Shown here piece by piece: positions 8,198-19,545 of a stretch of DNA of 49,426 bases. This DNA is from Myxococcota bacterium (GTDB lineage Bacteria > Myxococcota > XYA12-FULL-58-9 > JALHOP01). A program made the translations under genes and the position numbers. The stretch covers positions 1-49,426 of the forward strand of contig JBGGMJ010000149.1 in NCBI GenBank assembly GCA_041288095.1, written 5' to 3'. The number at the start of each line of letters is the position of its first letter. Within the stretch, counting starts at the first letter, position 1. The notes beneath the pieces are model-generated. The model saw nothing but the letters and a program-made list of their open reading frames with translations, was not told the DNA's origin and did not search any database.

Positions 8198-10087
8198 TCA
8201 GGGGCTTGTGAACTCCAGGACCTGAGTGCAGTCCGAGCTACAGTAGGTGCAGTCGAGGACGCCGGGCGGACAGTCGGTTTCATCCAGGTTGTTGCCGTCA
8301 TCGCAGGTCTCGGCGCCTGGCCCGGTGAGGAGCTGAAAGCCGTCGCCGCAGCTGTTTGCCTTGCAGTCCGGCAGGCACGCCCCGCCGTAACCGTTGTTGC
8401 TCCCCTCGTCGCATTCTTCGACGCCTGGAGACGCGACATCGAGCTCTCCGTCACCGCACGTTGCCGTCTGACAGGTGAGGGGGTCAGGCTGACTGCTCAA
8501 GCAGTTGTCGTCGTCCTGGTCGTTGCCGTCGTCACAGGTCTCGCCCGGATCGAGGCGGCCGTTGCCACAGGTCTCCAAGAAGCATGCGCTGCTGCACGCG
8601 AACGATGTCGGATTGTCCGCGCCGTCGCACTCCTCTCCAGCGTCGATGACGTCGTTACCGCAGTCCTCGATCTGGCAGAGGTCCGAGCAGCCGTCGCCCG
8701 CGTCGGTGCCGCCGTCGTCACAAGCTTCATTGGACGCGCGGTTGATGATGCCGTCACCGCAGACCGGCAGGGTGCAATCGAAATCGCACAGGTCGGTGTT
8801 GGCACCGCCGCTATCGCAGACCTCGGCCGGCGCCGTGGTCTTCACGACGTTGTCGCCGCAGCGTGCAAGCTGACAGTTGTCGAGGCAGTCGTCGGTGTTA
8901 TCGGCGTCGCTGTCGTCGCACTGCTCGCCGTTCAGGCTCTCGGTGACGCCATTGCCGCAGGTCTCGATTTGGCAGAGCGCCGAGCAGCCATCGCCGTCCG
9001 TCGTCCCGCCGTCGTCACATTGATCGACACCGGGAGCCAAGAGCGGAGTGAAGGAGCGGTTGATGATGCCGTCACCGCAATCGGGAGCGGTGCAGTCGAA
9101 GTTGCACGCGGCGCTGTTGATCGCCAGCGCATCGCACGCATCGGTGCCGTTGGTGACACCATCGCCACAGCGAGGCTGCTGGCAGTTGTTGCGGCAGGTG
9201 TCGGTATCCGTCTCGTTGCCGTCGTCGCATTGCTCGCCGTTGTCGGCTTCATGGACGCCGTTGCCGCAGGTCTCGATCTGGCAGAGCGCCGAGCAGCCAT
9301 CGCCATCGTCGGTGCCACCGTCGTCGCACTGCTCGACGCCAGGCGCGCCCGGCGGGGTGTGGTTGCGGTTCACGCGCGCGTCGCCGCACTCCGCTATCGT
9401 GCAGTCGCCGTCACAAGCTGGTCCGTCACCGCCGGCGTCGCACGCCTCGGCGATGCTGTCGATGCCGTCGCCGCATGCATGCCGCGTACAATCGTTGCGG
9501 CAAGCGTCCAGGTCATCGCTGTTGCCGTCGTCACACGCCTCTTCGCCGTCTGCTATCCCATTGCCGCAGCTTTCGAATTGGCAAACCGCCGAGCACCCGT
9601 CGCCGTCCACGGTGCCCCCGTCATCGCAGTGCTCGACCACGGTCGCCCCGGACGGCGTGAAGCTCTTGTTGACGTGTCCGTCGCCGCACGCGGGAGCCGT
9701 GCAGTCGGCGTCGCATGTCGCCGAATCGTTGCTAGTGTCGCAGAGCTCGTCGGTGCCGACGATGCCGTCGCCACAGCGCGGCTCGAGAGTCACCGATGTT
9801 TCGAGCTGGCAGGTCGACGAGCAGCCGTCGCCGTTCGCGGTTCCGCCGTCATCGCACTCCTCGGTACCGGCGGCGCCCGGCGGCGTGAAGCTAGCGTTGA
9901 CGCGGCCGTCGCCGCACGCGGGCGCGGTGCAGTCGCTGTCGCAGGTCTGCGACTCACCGCCGGTGTCGCAGGTTTCCTGTCCGTTGAGGATTGCATCACC
10001 GCAGGTCGCACCGACGAGCGTGGTGTCGATGGTGCCGGTACACGATACGGCAAAGAGTGCGAGGAGAAGGGGGGCGAGTGAGCGCAT
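8198..10087 (-). CDS. Lipoprotein with Myxococcus Cys-rich repeats (DUF4215-like)
   Basis: Lipobox FAVSC; more than a dozen CG(D/N)G...E.CD(D)G(N/G)...DGC...C repeats. Confidence 0.9.
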   Translation of the reverse strand: MRSLAPLLLALFAVSCTGTIDTTLVGATCGDAILNGQETCDTGGESQTCDSDCTAPACGDGRVNASFTPPGAAGTEECDDGGTANGDGCSSTCQLETSVTLEPRCGDGIVGTDELCDTSNDSATCDADCTAPACGDGHVNKSFTPSGATVVEHCDDGGTVDGDGCSAVCQFESCGNGIADGEEACDDGNSDDLDACRNDCTRHACGDGIDSIAEACDAGGDGPACDGDCTIAECGDARVNRNHTPPGAPGVEQCDDGGTDDGDGCSALCQIETCGNGVHEADNGEQCDDGNETDTDTCRNNCQQPRCGDGVTNGTDACDALAINSAACNFDCTAPDCGDGIINRSFTPLLAPGVDQCDDGGTTDGDGCSALCQIETCGNGVTESLNGEQCDDSDADNTDDCLDNCQLARCGDNVVKTTAPAEVCDSGGANTDLCDFDCTLPVCGDGIINRASNEACDDGGTDAGDGCSDLCQIEDCGNDVIDAGEECDGADNPTSFACSSACFLETCGNGRLDPGETCDDGNDQDDDNCLSSQPDPLTCQTATCGDGELDVASPGVEECDEGSNNGYGGACLPDCKANSCGDGFQLLTGPGAETCDDGNNLDETDCPPGVLDCTYCSSDCTQVLEFTSP

Positions 10088-10154
10088 TGGCGCGAACTTT
10101 AGCCGAAACCGCCGGGGCATTTCCTTACTTTCGTGGAGAGGGTAAACGACCCCC

Positions 10155-10700
10155 ATGCGCTTCGTGCTTCTTGGTTTGTTCGCGGTCGTGGCCTGCTCGG
10201 ATGGCGAGGGCGACGCGCCCATCGCGTTGCCGAGCGACGGTCCCGTCGGCGAGCCTTGTGCCGCGCCGGCGACGGGCTCCGCGACCGTCAGCGACAGCGG
10301 CCCTGATCTCGGGCTCGCGGGCATCGTCGGCGTCGGTTGGGCGAACCTTGGCCACCGTACTTTCGATCCGGACATCGTCTTCGCCAACGACATCGACATC
10401 AGCGTCACCAGCGGCTGTGGCCACTCGACGCCACGCCCCACGTTCACCATCCGAGTCGCGCGCGAGACCGTCGCTCTCGGGACTCACACGATCCCGGGTG
10501 GAGCCGACGCAACCCTCCTCTACAGCAACCAATTCGGCGTCGATCCAGTGCCGGCGACCGGCGGCTCGGTCACGCTCACCGGCTTCGATCCGACGACGGG
10601 CTCACTTTGCGGCGAAGCCATCCTCGAGTTTCCGTCGCGGCCCAATTTCGAGGCGCGCACGGTCTCCGCCACCTTCGCTGCCTACAGCTACTGCGACTAG
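10155..10700 (+). CDS. Hypothetical lipoprotein
   Basis: Signal MRFVLLGLFAVVAC; beta-rich body with paired Cys. Confidence 0.75.
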   Translation: MRFVLLGLFAVVACSDGEGDAPIALPSDGPVGEPCAAPATGSATVSDSGPDLGLAGIVGVGWANLGHRTFDPDIVFANDIDISVTSGCGHSTPRPTFTIRVARETVALGTHTIPGGADATLLYSNQFGVDPVPATGGSVTLTGFDPTTGSLCGEAILEFPSRPNFEARTVSATFAAYSYCD

Positions 10701-10703
10701 GTG

Positions 10704-11660
10704 ATGGCGGTGCTGGTCACAGGTAGCGCCGGCCACCTGGGCGAGGCGCTCATGCGGACACTCCGCTCACGTGGTGAGCCCGCGCTCGGTGTCGACATCA
10801 AGGCGGCTCCGTTCACCGACCGGGTGGCTTCCGTCGGGGACCGCGAAACCATGCGCTCCTGCCTGCGCGGCGTCGACGCGGTGGTGCACGCGGCGACGTT
10901 GCACAAGCCGCACGTCGCCACCCACAGCCGTGAGGAGTTCGTCGCCACCAACGTCCACGGGACGCTCGTGCTCCTCGAGGAAGCCAAGCGCGCCGGGGTG
11001 CGCTCGTTCGTCTTCATCAGCACGACCAGCGCCTTCGGGTTGGCGTTGACGCCGCGGCCGGGTGAGCCGGCAACCTGGATCACCGAAGACGTAACGCCGA
11101 TCCCCAAGAATATTTACGGCACCACCAAGGTCGCGGCCGAAGGCCTCTGCGAGCTCTTCGCGCGCAACGAAGGCTTGCCGGCGGTGGTGCTACGGACGTC
11201 GCGCTTCTTCCCCGAAGAAGACGACAACACCGCCATCGCCGCGACCTATGCGACGGCGAACGCGCAGGTGAACGAGCTGCTCTACCGGCGGGTCGATGTC
11301 GCGGACATCGTGGACGCGTGTTTCCTGGCGGTGGCGCGAGCACCGGCGTTGCGCTTCGGCAGGTACATCATCTCCGCGACCACGCCATTCGAGCGCGAGC
11401 ATCTCGCCCGCCTTGCAACGGATGCCGCCGCCGTCGTCCGCGAGCTCTTTCCGGCGCATGTCGCGCTCTATGCCGAGCGCGAATGGCGTATGTTTCCGAG
11501 CTTCGATCGCGTCTATGTCAACGCCCTCGCGCGGCAAGAGCTCGGCTGGAGACCCCGCCACGACTTCGCGAGCGCTCTCGCGATGCTCACCGCTAAAGAG
11601 GACTTTCGTAGCAGGCTCGCCCAGGAGATCGGCATGAAGGGGTACCATGCTCCAGCTTAG
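10704..11660 (+). CDS. NAD-dependent epimerase/dehydratase (extended SDR)
   Basis: VLVTGSAGHLG, VVHAATLH, YGTTK catalytic motif. Confidence 0.92.
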   Translation: MAVLVTGSAGHLGEALMRTLRSRGEPALGVDIKAAPFTDRVASVGDRETMRSCLRGVDAVVHAATLHKPHVATHSREEFVATNVHGTLVLLEEAKRAGVRSFVFISTTSAFGLALTPRPGEPATWITEDVTPIPKNIYGTTKVAAEGLCELFARNEGLPAVVLRTSRFFPEEDDNTAIAATYATANAQVNELLYRRVDVADIVDACFLAVARAPALRFGRYIISATTPFEREHLARLATDAAAVVRELFPAHVALYAEREWRMFPSFDRVYVNALARQELGWRPRHDFASALAMLTAKEDFRSRLAQEIGMKGYHAPA

Positions 11661-12618
11661 TATGGCGTTGCTCGTCGTCGCGGCGCCTTCGCTGAAGCTG
11701 CTCGACGCCACGATGCCGGCCATCGCCAAGCGCGCGGAGCCCGGCCGCCTCGGCGTCGCTGTGTACGACTTCGCAACCGGCCGGCGCTGGAGCCTGCGCG
11801 GTGACGAAGGCTTTCCCCTGCAGAGCGTCTTCAAGGTGATGGCGGGCGCGCGCATGTTGCAAGAAGTCGACGCCGGCCGGCGCCGAATCGACGAGCCGGT
11901 CCAGATCACGGCGCGTGAGCTGTCGGTCTTCTGGAGCCCAATCACCGACGAATGGCGGCCGCCGGCGAAGACCTATCCGCTGCGGCGGCTCATCGAGCTC
12001 GCCGTGGCGGTGAGCGACAACACCGCCGGTGATCACATCTTGCGGCTCGGAGGCGGACCAAGCGCTCTGAATGCGATGTTCGCCAAAGCGGGCATCAACG
12101 GCGTCCGCGTCGACCGCTACGAGCGTGAGCTGCAGCCCGAGTGCGCCGGTCTGCCGCCGTTCCCGCCCGAGGCCGTCATCGACGTGCCGAAGTTCGCGAG
12201 AGACGTGGAAGCGCAACCGGACGCGGTGAAGACGAGGGCGCTCGAGGCGTATCTCGCGGATCCGCGCGATACCGCGACTCCCAACGGCGCGGTCGACTTC
12301 CTCGTCGCTCTCGCGAACGGCAAGCTGCTCGGCGCCGAGTCGACGTCGCGGCTGCTCGCCATCATGACGAGCACGACGACCGGTAAGCACCGCATGAAGG
12401 CGGGGCTGCCGGCAGGGGTCGCTTTGGCGCACAAGACCGGCACCGCGAACACGGTGCTCGGCACGAGCCCCGCGGTGAACGACATCGGCATCGTCACGCT
12501 CGTAGACGGCCGCCGTGTTGCTATCGCGGTCTTCTTGAGTGGTGCACGGGGCGACGAGGCATCGCGCGAGGGCATCCTCGCCGAGGTCGCTCGGCTCGTC
12601 GTCGAAGCGTCGCGCTAG
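11647..12618 (+). CDS. bla: Class A serine beta-lactamase
   Basis: FPLQSVFK (SxxK), SDN, RYERE (E166-equivalent), HKTGT, NDIGI. Confidence 0.9.
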   Translation: MLQLSMALLVVAAPSLKLLDATMPAIAKRAEPGRLGVAVYDFATGRRWSLRGDEGFPLQSVFKVMAGARMLQEVDAGRRRIDEPVQITARELSVFWSPITDEWRPPAKTYPLRRLIELAVAVSDNTAGDHILRLGGGPSALNAMFAKAGINGVRVDRYERELQPECAGLPPFPPEAVIDVPKFARDVEAQPDAVKTRALEAYLADPRDTATPNGAVDFLVALANGKLLGAESTSRLLAIMTSTTTGKHRMKAGLPAGVALAHKTGTANTVLGTSPAVNDIGIVTLVDGRRVAIAVFLSGARGDEASREGILAEVARLVVEASR

Positions 12619-12625
12619 GTAAGCG

Positions 12626-14077
12626 TCAGAACTCTTCGGCGAGCAGGCGCTTGCCCTGCACCGACAAGCCGGCCGCGTTGAGGATCGGGTTGATGCTCTT
12701 TGGCGTCGTCGCGCGCTCGTATTCGAACGCGAGGACCGTGCCGATGAGCGCCGCGAGGCTCACGGCGCCCGTGACGAGCGCGCCGCTGAGCATCTGCTGC
12801 ACGCTGAAGTAAGCGGTCGCCGCCATCGCACCGGTGAACGCCGAGAGACCGAGCGCGGTGGTGCCGGCGCCGAGCACGCCACCCGGATAGTAGCTGGGCG
12901 CAAGACCACGTGCGCCGCTGCCACCAACGAAGGGCGCGGGGCCGCCTGGGCCCGCGAATCCAGGTCCGCCCGTCGGGGCGAGGCCAGGGAGCGTCGGATT
13001 CGGGTTGTACTTCTCGCGGTGCCGGCGAATCGACGAGCGGAACAAGTTCTTCACGAACGTCGTCGCCGACTCTCTTCGCGTGTTGGGGACGTCGGCCTTC
13101 CACAGGACGCGACCGGTGAGGCGAATCTCACCGACTTCGCCGGTCAGGCTCTTGTCGCCGGCCGCGGAGAAGGCAGCGACAGTCGGCGATGACGTCGACT
13201 TGGCGGAGAAGCTCACGCGGTCGTTGTAGGTGATGTTCTTGATCTCGCCCTTGTCGCGCACCGCGACGTAGAGCTTCGATTTCTCCGGCGTCTCGCCATC
13301 GGACTGGATGTACACGCGATCGTAGCCCGACTCGTTGAAGCCGGGATCGTAGTGCGCGATCATCTTGTTGAACATGTCCTGGAACTGCTGCGCGCGTTCG
13401 TCCTCGGGACGATTCGGCGATGGGCGCGGGATGCCACGAACCTCGGGGAGCGGAACGACGCAGTAGAAGGCTTCGCCGTTGATGTAGACGGGGCCGTGAT
13501 TGGCGAGACCGTTCGTGCCGCTGGCCATGAACTCGCGCAGGTCACGGATCTTGTCCATGAAGTCGGTGATGTTGCCGGCGTAGAGTTTCTTGCCGCCGTC
13601 CTGGAAGGCGCGCGCCAGCTCGTCGGGCTTGTCGAGGAGCGCCACCGCCTGCTTCAAGGCGCCATTGTCGAGAATGGTTTCCTTCGCGGGGATGCGGCCG
13701 AACTTGCCGGCGATGAGCTTCGCCGCCTCTTTGTGCGGTTCGCTCCAAAGCGCGTCGATGAGAAAATCGGGGATGGTGCCTTCGCCCTTGGGACCGACCT
13801 TCGGGGCGCCCAGGTAGGAATCGAGCGCGGCGACGCGATGAACGGCGTCCGGACCCGAGAGCTCGGGGATGCCGTCGTAGCCCTTGCCAGCCGCGATGTT
13901 CGCCTTCACCGCTTCGAGGTCGGCGACGGAGAGCTGGCTGACGAACGACGTGGTCTTGGACTTCCCCTGGACCTTCGTCTTCATGACGGCGATGGCCGTC
14001 GCCCGGTCGTACGGGAGGGTGATCTCGTGCGGAACGATACAGCGCGTGTCGGCGTTAGCCGAACCGAAGCCGAGCAT
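12626..14077 (-). CDS. Hypothetical protein with Gly/Pro-rich linker and C-terminal hydrophobic helical hairpin
   Basis: 483 aa ORF with strong coding bias, GAGGT RBS, no Sec signal, two C-terminal hydrophobic segments. Confidence 0.8.
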   Translation of the reverse strand: MLGFGSANADTRCIVPHEITLPYDRATAIAVMKTKVQGKSKTTSFVSQLSVADLEAVKANIAAGKGYDGIPELSGPDAVHRVAALDSYLGAPKVGPKGEGTIPDFLIDALWSEPHKEAAKLIAGKFGRIPAKETILDNGALKQAVALLDKPDELARAFQDGGKKLYAGNITDFMDKIRDLREFMASGTNGLANHGPVYINGEAFYCVVPLPEVRGIPRPSPNRPEDERAQQFQDMFNKMIAHYDPGFNESGYDRVYIQSDGETPEKSKLYVAVRDKGEIKNITYNDRVSFSAKSTSSPTVAAFSAAGDKSLTGEVGEIRLTGRVLWKADVPNTRRESATTFVKNLFRSSIRRHREKYNPNPTLPGLAPTGGPGFAGPGGPAPFVGGSGARGLAPSYYPGGVLGAGTTALGLSAFTGAMAATAYFSVQQMLSGALVTGAVSLAALIGTVLAFEYERATTPKSINPILNAAGLSVQGKRLLAEEF

Positions 14078-14111
14078 GGGTCACCTCTGGACGGATTTAC
14101 GCCAGGTACGT

Positions 14112-14138
14112 GTATCGACGTGCCTGCGGCGGGGTTGC
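14112..14138 (-). promoter_or_regulatory. Shared motif copy 2: GCAAC-N16-CGATAC
   Basis: Minus strand GCAAC cccgccgcaggcacgt CGATAC, 34 nt upstream of ATG 14077. Confidence 0.65.
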
Positions 14139-14187
14139 GTCGGAGGTGGCCTGCTGCGGCGGCAGGGGGTGCTTTGTTGTCACTCCG

Positions 14188-14673
14188 CTAGAACACGCAC
14201 AATTGCACGCAACGTCCGGCGGTCGTTTGCGACGTGGGCACGGCGCAGACCCAGCCAGCCTGGCAGAGGTTGCCGCTATCGCAGGCAGAAGCCCCCGCAG
14301 GCACTGATCCGTCATCGAGACAGATCGCGTCCCCGGTGACCTGGGAGGTGCATTGCGTGCCCGGACCGCAGCGGGTGTAGCCCTCGCAAGCGCAGTTGCC
14401 GCGGTAGAAGGCGGCGTCCGCAAGGCAGGACCCGGCGTTGACCGATTCGCAGGAGCTGGCGACGAAGTCGTCGCGCTCGGCGTCCGAGAGCCCTTCAGCG
14501 AGGCACTGGTCGACGTAAACACCGCGGCTCACGGCCCCTTGGCAGCCGATGTCCGCGAGGCAGAAGTCGGTGCGGTAGTAGACGTCTTCGCAGCGCTCGC
14601 GGGCGCGCTCGCCGATGTCGGCGTCGTCGCCGCAGGCCGCCAGCAAGAGGAGAAGGCTAAGAGCTTTTCGCAT
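14188..14673 (-). CDS. Cys-rich lipoprotein
   Basis: MRKALSLLLLLAAC lipobox; many Cys; overlaps folP 3' end by 17 bp. Confidence 0.8.
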   Translation of the reverse strand: MRKALSLLLLLAACGDDADIGERARERCEDVYYRTDFCLADIGCQGAVSRGVYVDQCLAEGLSDAERDDFVASSCESVNAGSCLADAAFYRGNCACEGYTRCGPGTQCTSQVTGDAICLDDGSVPAGASACDSGNLCQAGWVCAVPTSQTTAGRCVQLCVF

Positions 14674-15481
14674 CGCGCACCGCCGAGGCGACCTTCACCG
14701 CGTCGAGGCAGGCCGCCACATCATGGACGCGTAAGATGCTCGCGCCATTCATGATCGCAAGCGCATTGATGGCGGCGGTCGCACGCTCGCGGTCATCGAC
14801 GTCGCGCCCAGTGAGCTCGCCCAGGAAACGCTTGCGGGAGGCGCCGTAGACCACGGGGCCGAGTCGCGTGAGCGCCCGCAACGTCTTGGTGAGCACGAGA
14901 TTGTGTTCGGCGGTCTTGCCGAAGCCGATGCCGGGGTCGACGAGGATGCGGCCGATCCCCGCGGTGCGGGCCTTGGCGCAGGCGCGCTCGAGCTCGGTGA
15001 CCACGGTGGCGGTGATGTCGTCGTAGCGCAGCTCGCCTTGCTGCATGGTGCGGGGGTCGCCACGCTTGTGCATGAGGATGACCGCCGCGTCGTGGGCGGC
15101 GATGGTCTCCGCCATCTCGGCGTCTTCCAGAGCGGACACGTCGTTGACGATGTGGGCCCCGATCGCGAGCGCCGCCTTCGCGACCACTGCTTTGCGGGTG
15201 TCAACGGAGAGCGCCACCGGCAGACCGGCCGCCGCCAGGGCTTCGACGACGGGAATGACGCGTTCGAGCTCGTCGTCCGCCGAAACGGGCAGGGCCCCAG
15301 GGCGGGTCGACTCACCACCCACGTCGAGCAACGTCGCGCCTTCGCGGACCAGGCGCTCGGCATGCTCCAAAGCAGCACGGACGGCCATGTGCCGCCCGCC
15401 GTCGGAGAACGAATCCGGCGTCACGTTGACGATGCCCATGAGCAGGGGGGCATCGCTCAACGTTACCGGTCCAAGCCGCAA
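14657..15481 (-). CDS. folP: Dihydropteroate synthase
   Basis: MGIVNVTPDSFSDGG, DVGGESTRPG, SVDT, DPGIGFGK, SRKRF, LRVHDV; follows ftsH. Confidence 0.97.
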   Translation of the reverse strand: MRLGPVTLSDAPLLMGIVNVTPDSFSDGGRHMAVRAALEHAERLVREGATLLDVGGESTRPGALPVSADDELERVIPVVEALAAAGLPVALSVDTRKAVVAKAALAIGAHIVNDVSALEDAEMAETIAAHDAAVILMHKRGDPRTMQQGELRYDDITATVVTELERACAKARTAGIGRILVDPGIGFGKTAEHNLVLTKTLRALTRLGPVVYGASRKRFLGELTGRDVDDRERATAAINALAIMNGASILRVHDVAACLDAVKVASAVRDAKSS

Positions 15482-15486
15482 GCTGC

Positions 15487-17415
<1,929 letters not shown>

Positions 17416-17459
17416 GGGAGCTCTCCACATCTTGCGGCCCTACGGCCAACGCTCACAAC

Positions 17460-18818
17460 TTAGCCTAACACTTCGAGGGTAACGACTCGACGGGTGGATG
17501 CGGTGATAGGGGCGTCGGAGCCCCGACGCAAGCCAACCACCCAAACGATGCGGTCGGCATGCACGACGACGGGCCACCCAGGACGTAAGGCACCAGGAAC
17601 CTTGGCATTGGTGAACAAATCGCCGACCTTCACACTACCCCCAGACCCATCGTCCTTGTGCCCAAACGGCACCAACCGGTCTCCCGCCTCCCAACTTCGC
17701 ACCGTGACGTTAGAATGGAGACCGTCTGCATCGAATGCAACAACCCGCGCTGGGGAACGCGGGCCCAAAACCGCACCGTATCCGCCGCTTGGCGCCTCGT
17801 CTACCCTTGCGATGATGCGTCCTTGGCAATTCGGTAAGCGCGCTTCACCCGGAATGATCAGGTCCATGGCGTAGCTGGTGGGTGTTACGGTCCAGATCGT
17901 CTGCTTATCGACTAAAAATGTGCCTTCGCGGGCGCGTACGCGCGAATGGGGCTTATCGATCGCGGCGATCAAGCGATCGACGAGGCGACGACGGGGAACG
18001 TGGCCGAGGCGTGTGAGCCAGTCGCGAAGGGCCCGGCGGCGCAGGGTGAGGGGGGCGCTGGTCAATGGCTCGAGGGCGAGGCTCGGCGCCAGCGGGCCGA
18101 AGCGATCGGCGTCGCTGGGGTCGGGTGCCTTGAGCAGCCTCGCGGCGGCGGCGCGCAGGAGCGCTTCGTCCTCGGCGCGATCCTGCGTCCAGGCCCCGAT
18201 GGTGCGCTCGATGCGTGGGTTCAGCGAGCGCAGCACCGGCAAGACTTCTTCGCGGAGCCGAGCCCGGCTGCGGCGGCTGTCGCTGTTGCCGGGATCGGTG
18301 GCGTAAGGAATCTTGTGCGTCTGCAGGTGCGCGAGGACGTCGAACCGCCGTGCTTCGAGCAGGGGTCTCACCAGGCGGCCGCGTTTTTCCACCATGCCCA
18401 AGCGCGCGCCGATGCCGTCGCTGCGCAAGAGCGCGAGCAATACGGTTTCGAGCTGGTCGGTGGCGGTGTGGCCCACGGCGATGAAGTCACAAGCGTGCTC
18501 GTCCGCGATAGCGTTCAGGGCGGCGTAGCGGGCCTTGCGAGCTTGGGCGGCGACGTTGCCCTTCGCTACTTGTACGCTCATGCGGACGAAGGGCACGCCG
18601 AGCTTCGTCGCGAGGGCCTCGGCGAGGTCGAGCTCGCGTCCCGCGTTGGCGCGCAGCCCATGGTCGATCCCCGCCGCCACGAGCTGGTAGCCGACACCCT
18701 GCAGCACCGACAGCAAGGCTTGCGAGTCGGGGCCGCCACTGGTCGCCACCAGGACGCGGCTACCCCCGGGAATGAGGCGGTGAGCCGCGCGCTCCGCCAT
18801 GCGCGATAGGCGCGTCAT
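17460..18818 (-). CDS. tilS: tRNA(Ile)-lysidine synthetase
   Basis: SGGPDS, DHGLR, ARKARY, GHTATDQLET, RPLL, C-terminal KVGDLFTNAKVP; upstream of ftsH. Confidence 0.95.
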   Translation of the reverse strand: MTRLSRMAERAAHRLIPGGSRVLVATSGGPDSQALLSVLQGVGYQLVAAGIDHGLRANAGRELDLAEALATKLGVPFVRMSVQVAKGNVAAQARKARYAALNAIADEHACDFIAVGHTATDQLETVLLALLRSDGIGARLGMVEKRGRLVRPLLEARRFDVLAHLQTHKIPYATDPGNSDSRRSRARLREEVLPVLRSLNPRIERTIGAWTQDRAEDEALLRAAAARLLKAPDPSDADRFGPLAPSLALEPLTSAPLTLRRRALRDWLTRLGHVPRRRLVDRLIAAIDKPHSRVRAREGTFLVDKQTIWTVTPTSYAMDLIIPGEARLPNCQGRIIARVDEAPSGGYGAVLGPRSPARVVAFDADGLHSNVTVRSWEAGDRLVPFGHKDDGSGGSVKVGDLFTNAKVPGALRPGWPVVVHADRIVWVVGLRRGSDAPITASTRRVVTLEVLG

Positions 18819-19534
18819 CCTTGGGGGGCTTCCTCCGTTTTAGCGGGCGGGGTGCTCCACTTGAAGGCGGGTGGATCGTCACCAGGTCGCACCCGCGGGT
18901 CGCCCGGCTCGGGAGTGACCGCGCTCCAGCGGATGCTCCAGGGGCGGCGGTTGTCCTGGGTGTAGGACACGCGCTTGAGCTGCGGCCATTCGGCACCGAG
19001 CTCGAACTGTCCGGTCGTCAGGAAACGGAACGGTGTCAGCTGCGAAAAACCGCTGCTGGCGGCGCGCATGGTCCAAGTGAAGTCGAAGCTCGAGAGCGTC
19101 GTCAGGTCGCGCATGCTGGGCAAGCGATAGCGGATGCCGACGCGGCGGGTTTCACCGGGCGCGACGCGCCGTGTGCCCGCTACGGCGTACTCCTCGGAGA
19201 GGGTGGCGGTGGTGACGTGCGTGAGCGTGACCGAAGTCGTATCGAGATCGAGCTCGAATGGAGTTTGCGACTCGTTGCGCGCGAGCACCGTGAGCTCGAG
19301 CACGGGGATGCGTTCGCCGTTCGCGTCGATGGTGAAGACGCCGTTCGACCAGACCGCTACCTCGCCCAAGCGCTCGGCGTCGATGACCACGCCGTAATAC
19401 GAGGCGGCGTCGAAGTCCGAGATTGGAGACGTGTTGTCGAGTGTCTGGAAGCGCTTCTCTGGCCCGCCGCTCGTCGTGGCGCAGCCGCCGGCGACGAGCA
19501 CGAGCATGACAGCGAGGGCGTGTTGCGGTTTCAT
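18815..19534 (-). CDS. Hypothetical lipoprotein (paralog of upstream neighbour)
   Basis: MKPQHALAVMLVLVAGGC with GAGGAG RBS; GEVAVWSNG, PGETRRVGIRYRLP. Confidence 0.75.
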   Translation of the reverse strand: MKPQHALAVMLVLVAGGCATTSGGPEKRFQTLDNTSPISDFDAASYYGVVIDAERLGEVAVWSNGVFTIDANGERIPVLELTVLARNESQTPFELDLDTTSVTLTHVTTATLSEEYAVAGTRRVAPGETRRVGIRYRLPSMRDLTTLSSFDFTWTMRAASSGFSQLTPFRFLTTGQFELGAEWPQLKRVSYTQDNRRPWSIRWSAVTPEPGDPRVRPGDDPPAFKWSTPPAKTEEAPQG

Positions 19535-19545
19535 CGGCGTGCTCC

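Noticed and set aside
7943..10081. 712-aa + strand ORF
   Set aside because: Antisense shadow of the Cys-rich repeat gene; V/A-rich repetitive translation typical of high-GC reverse frames
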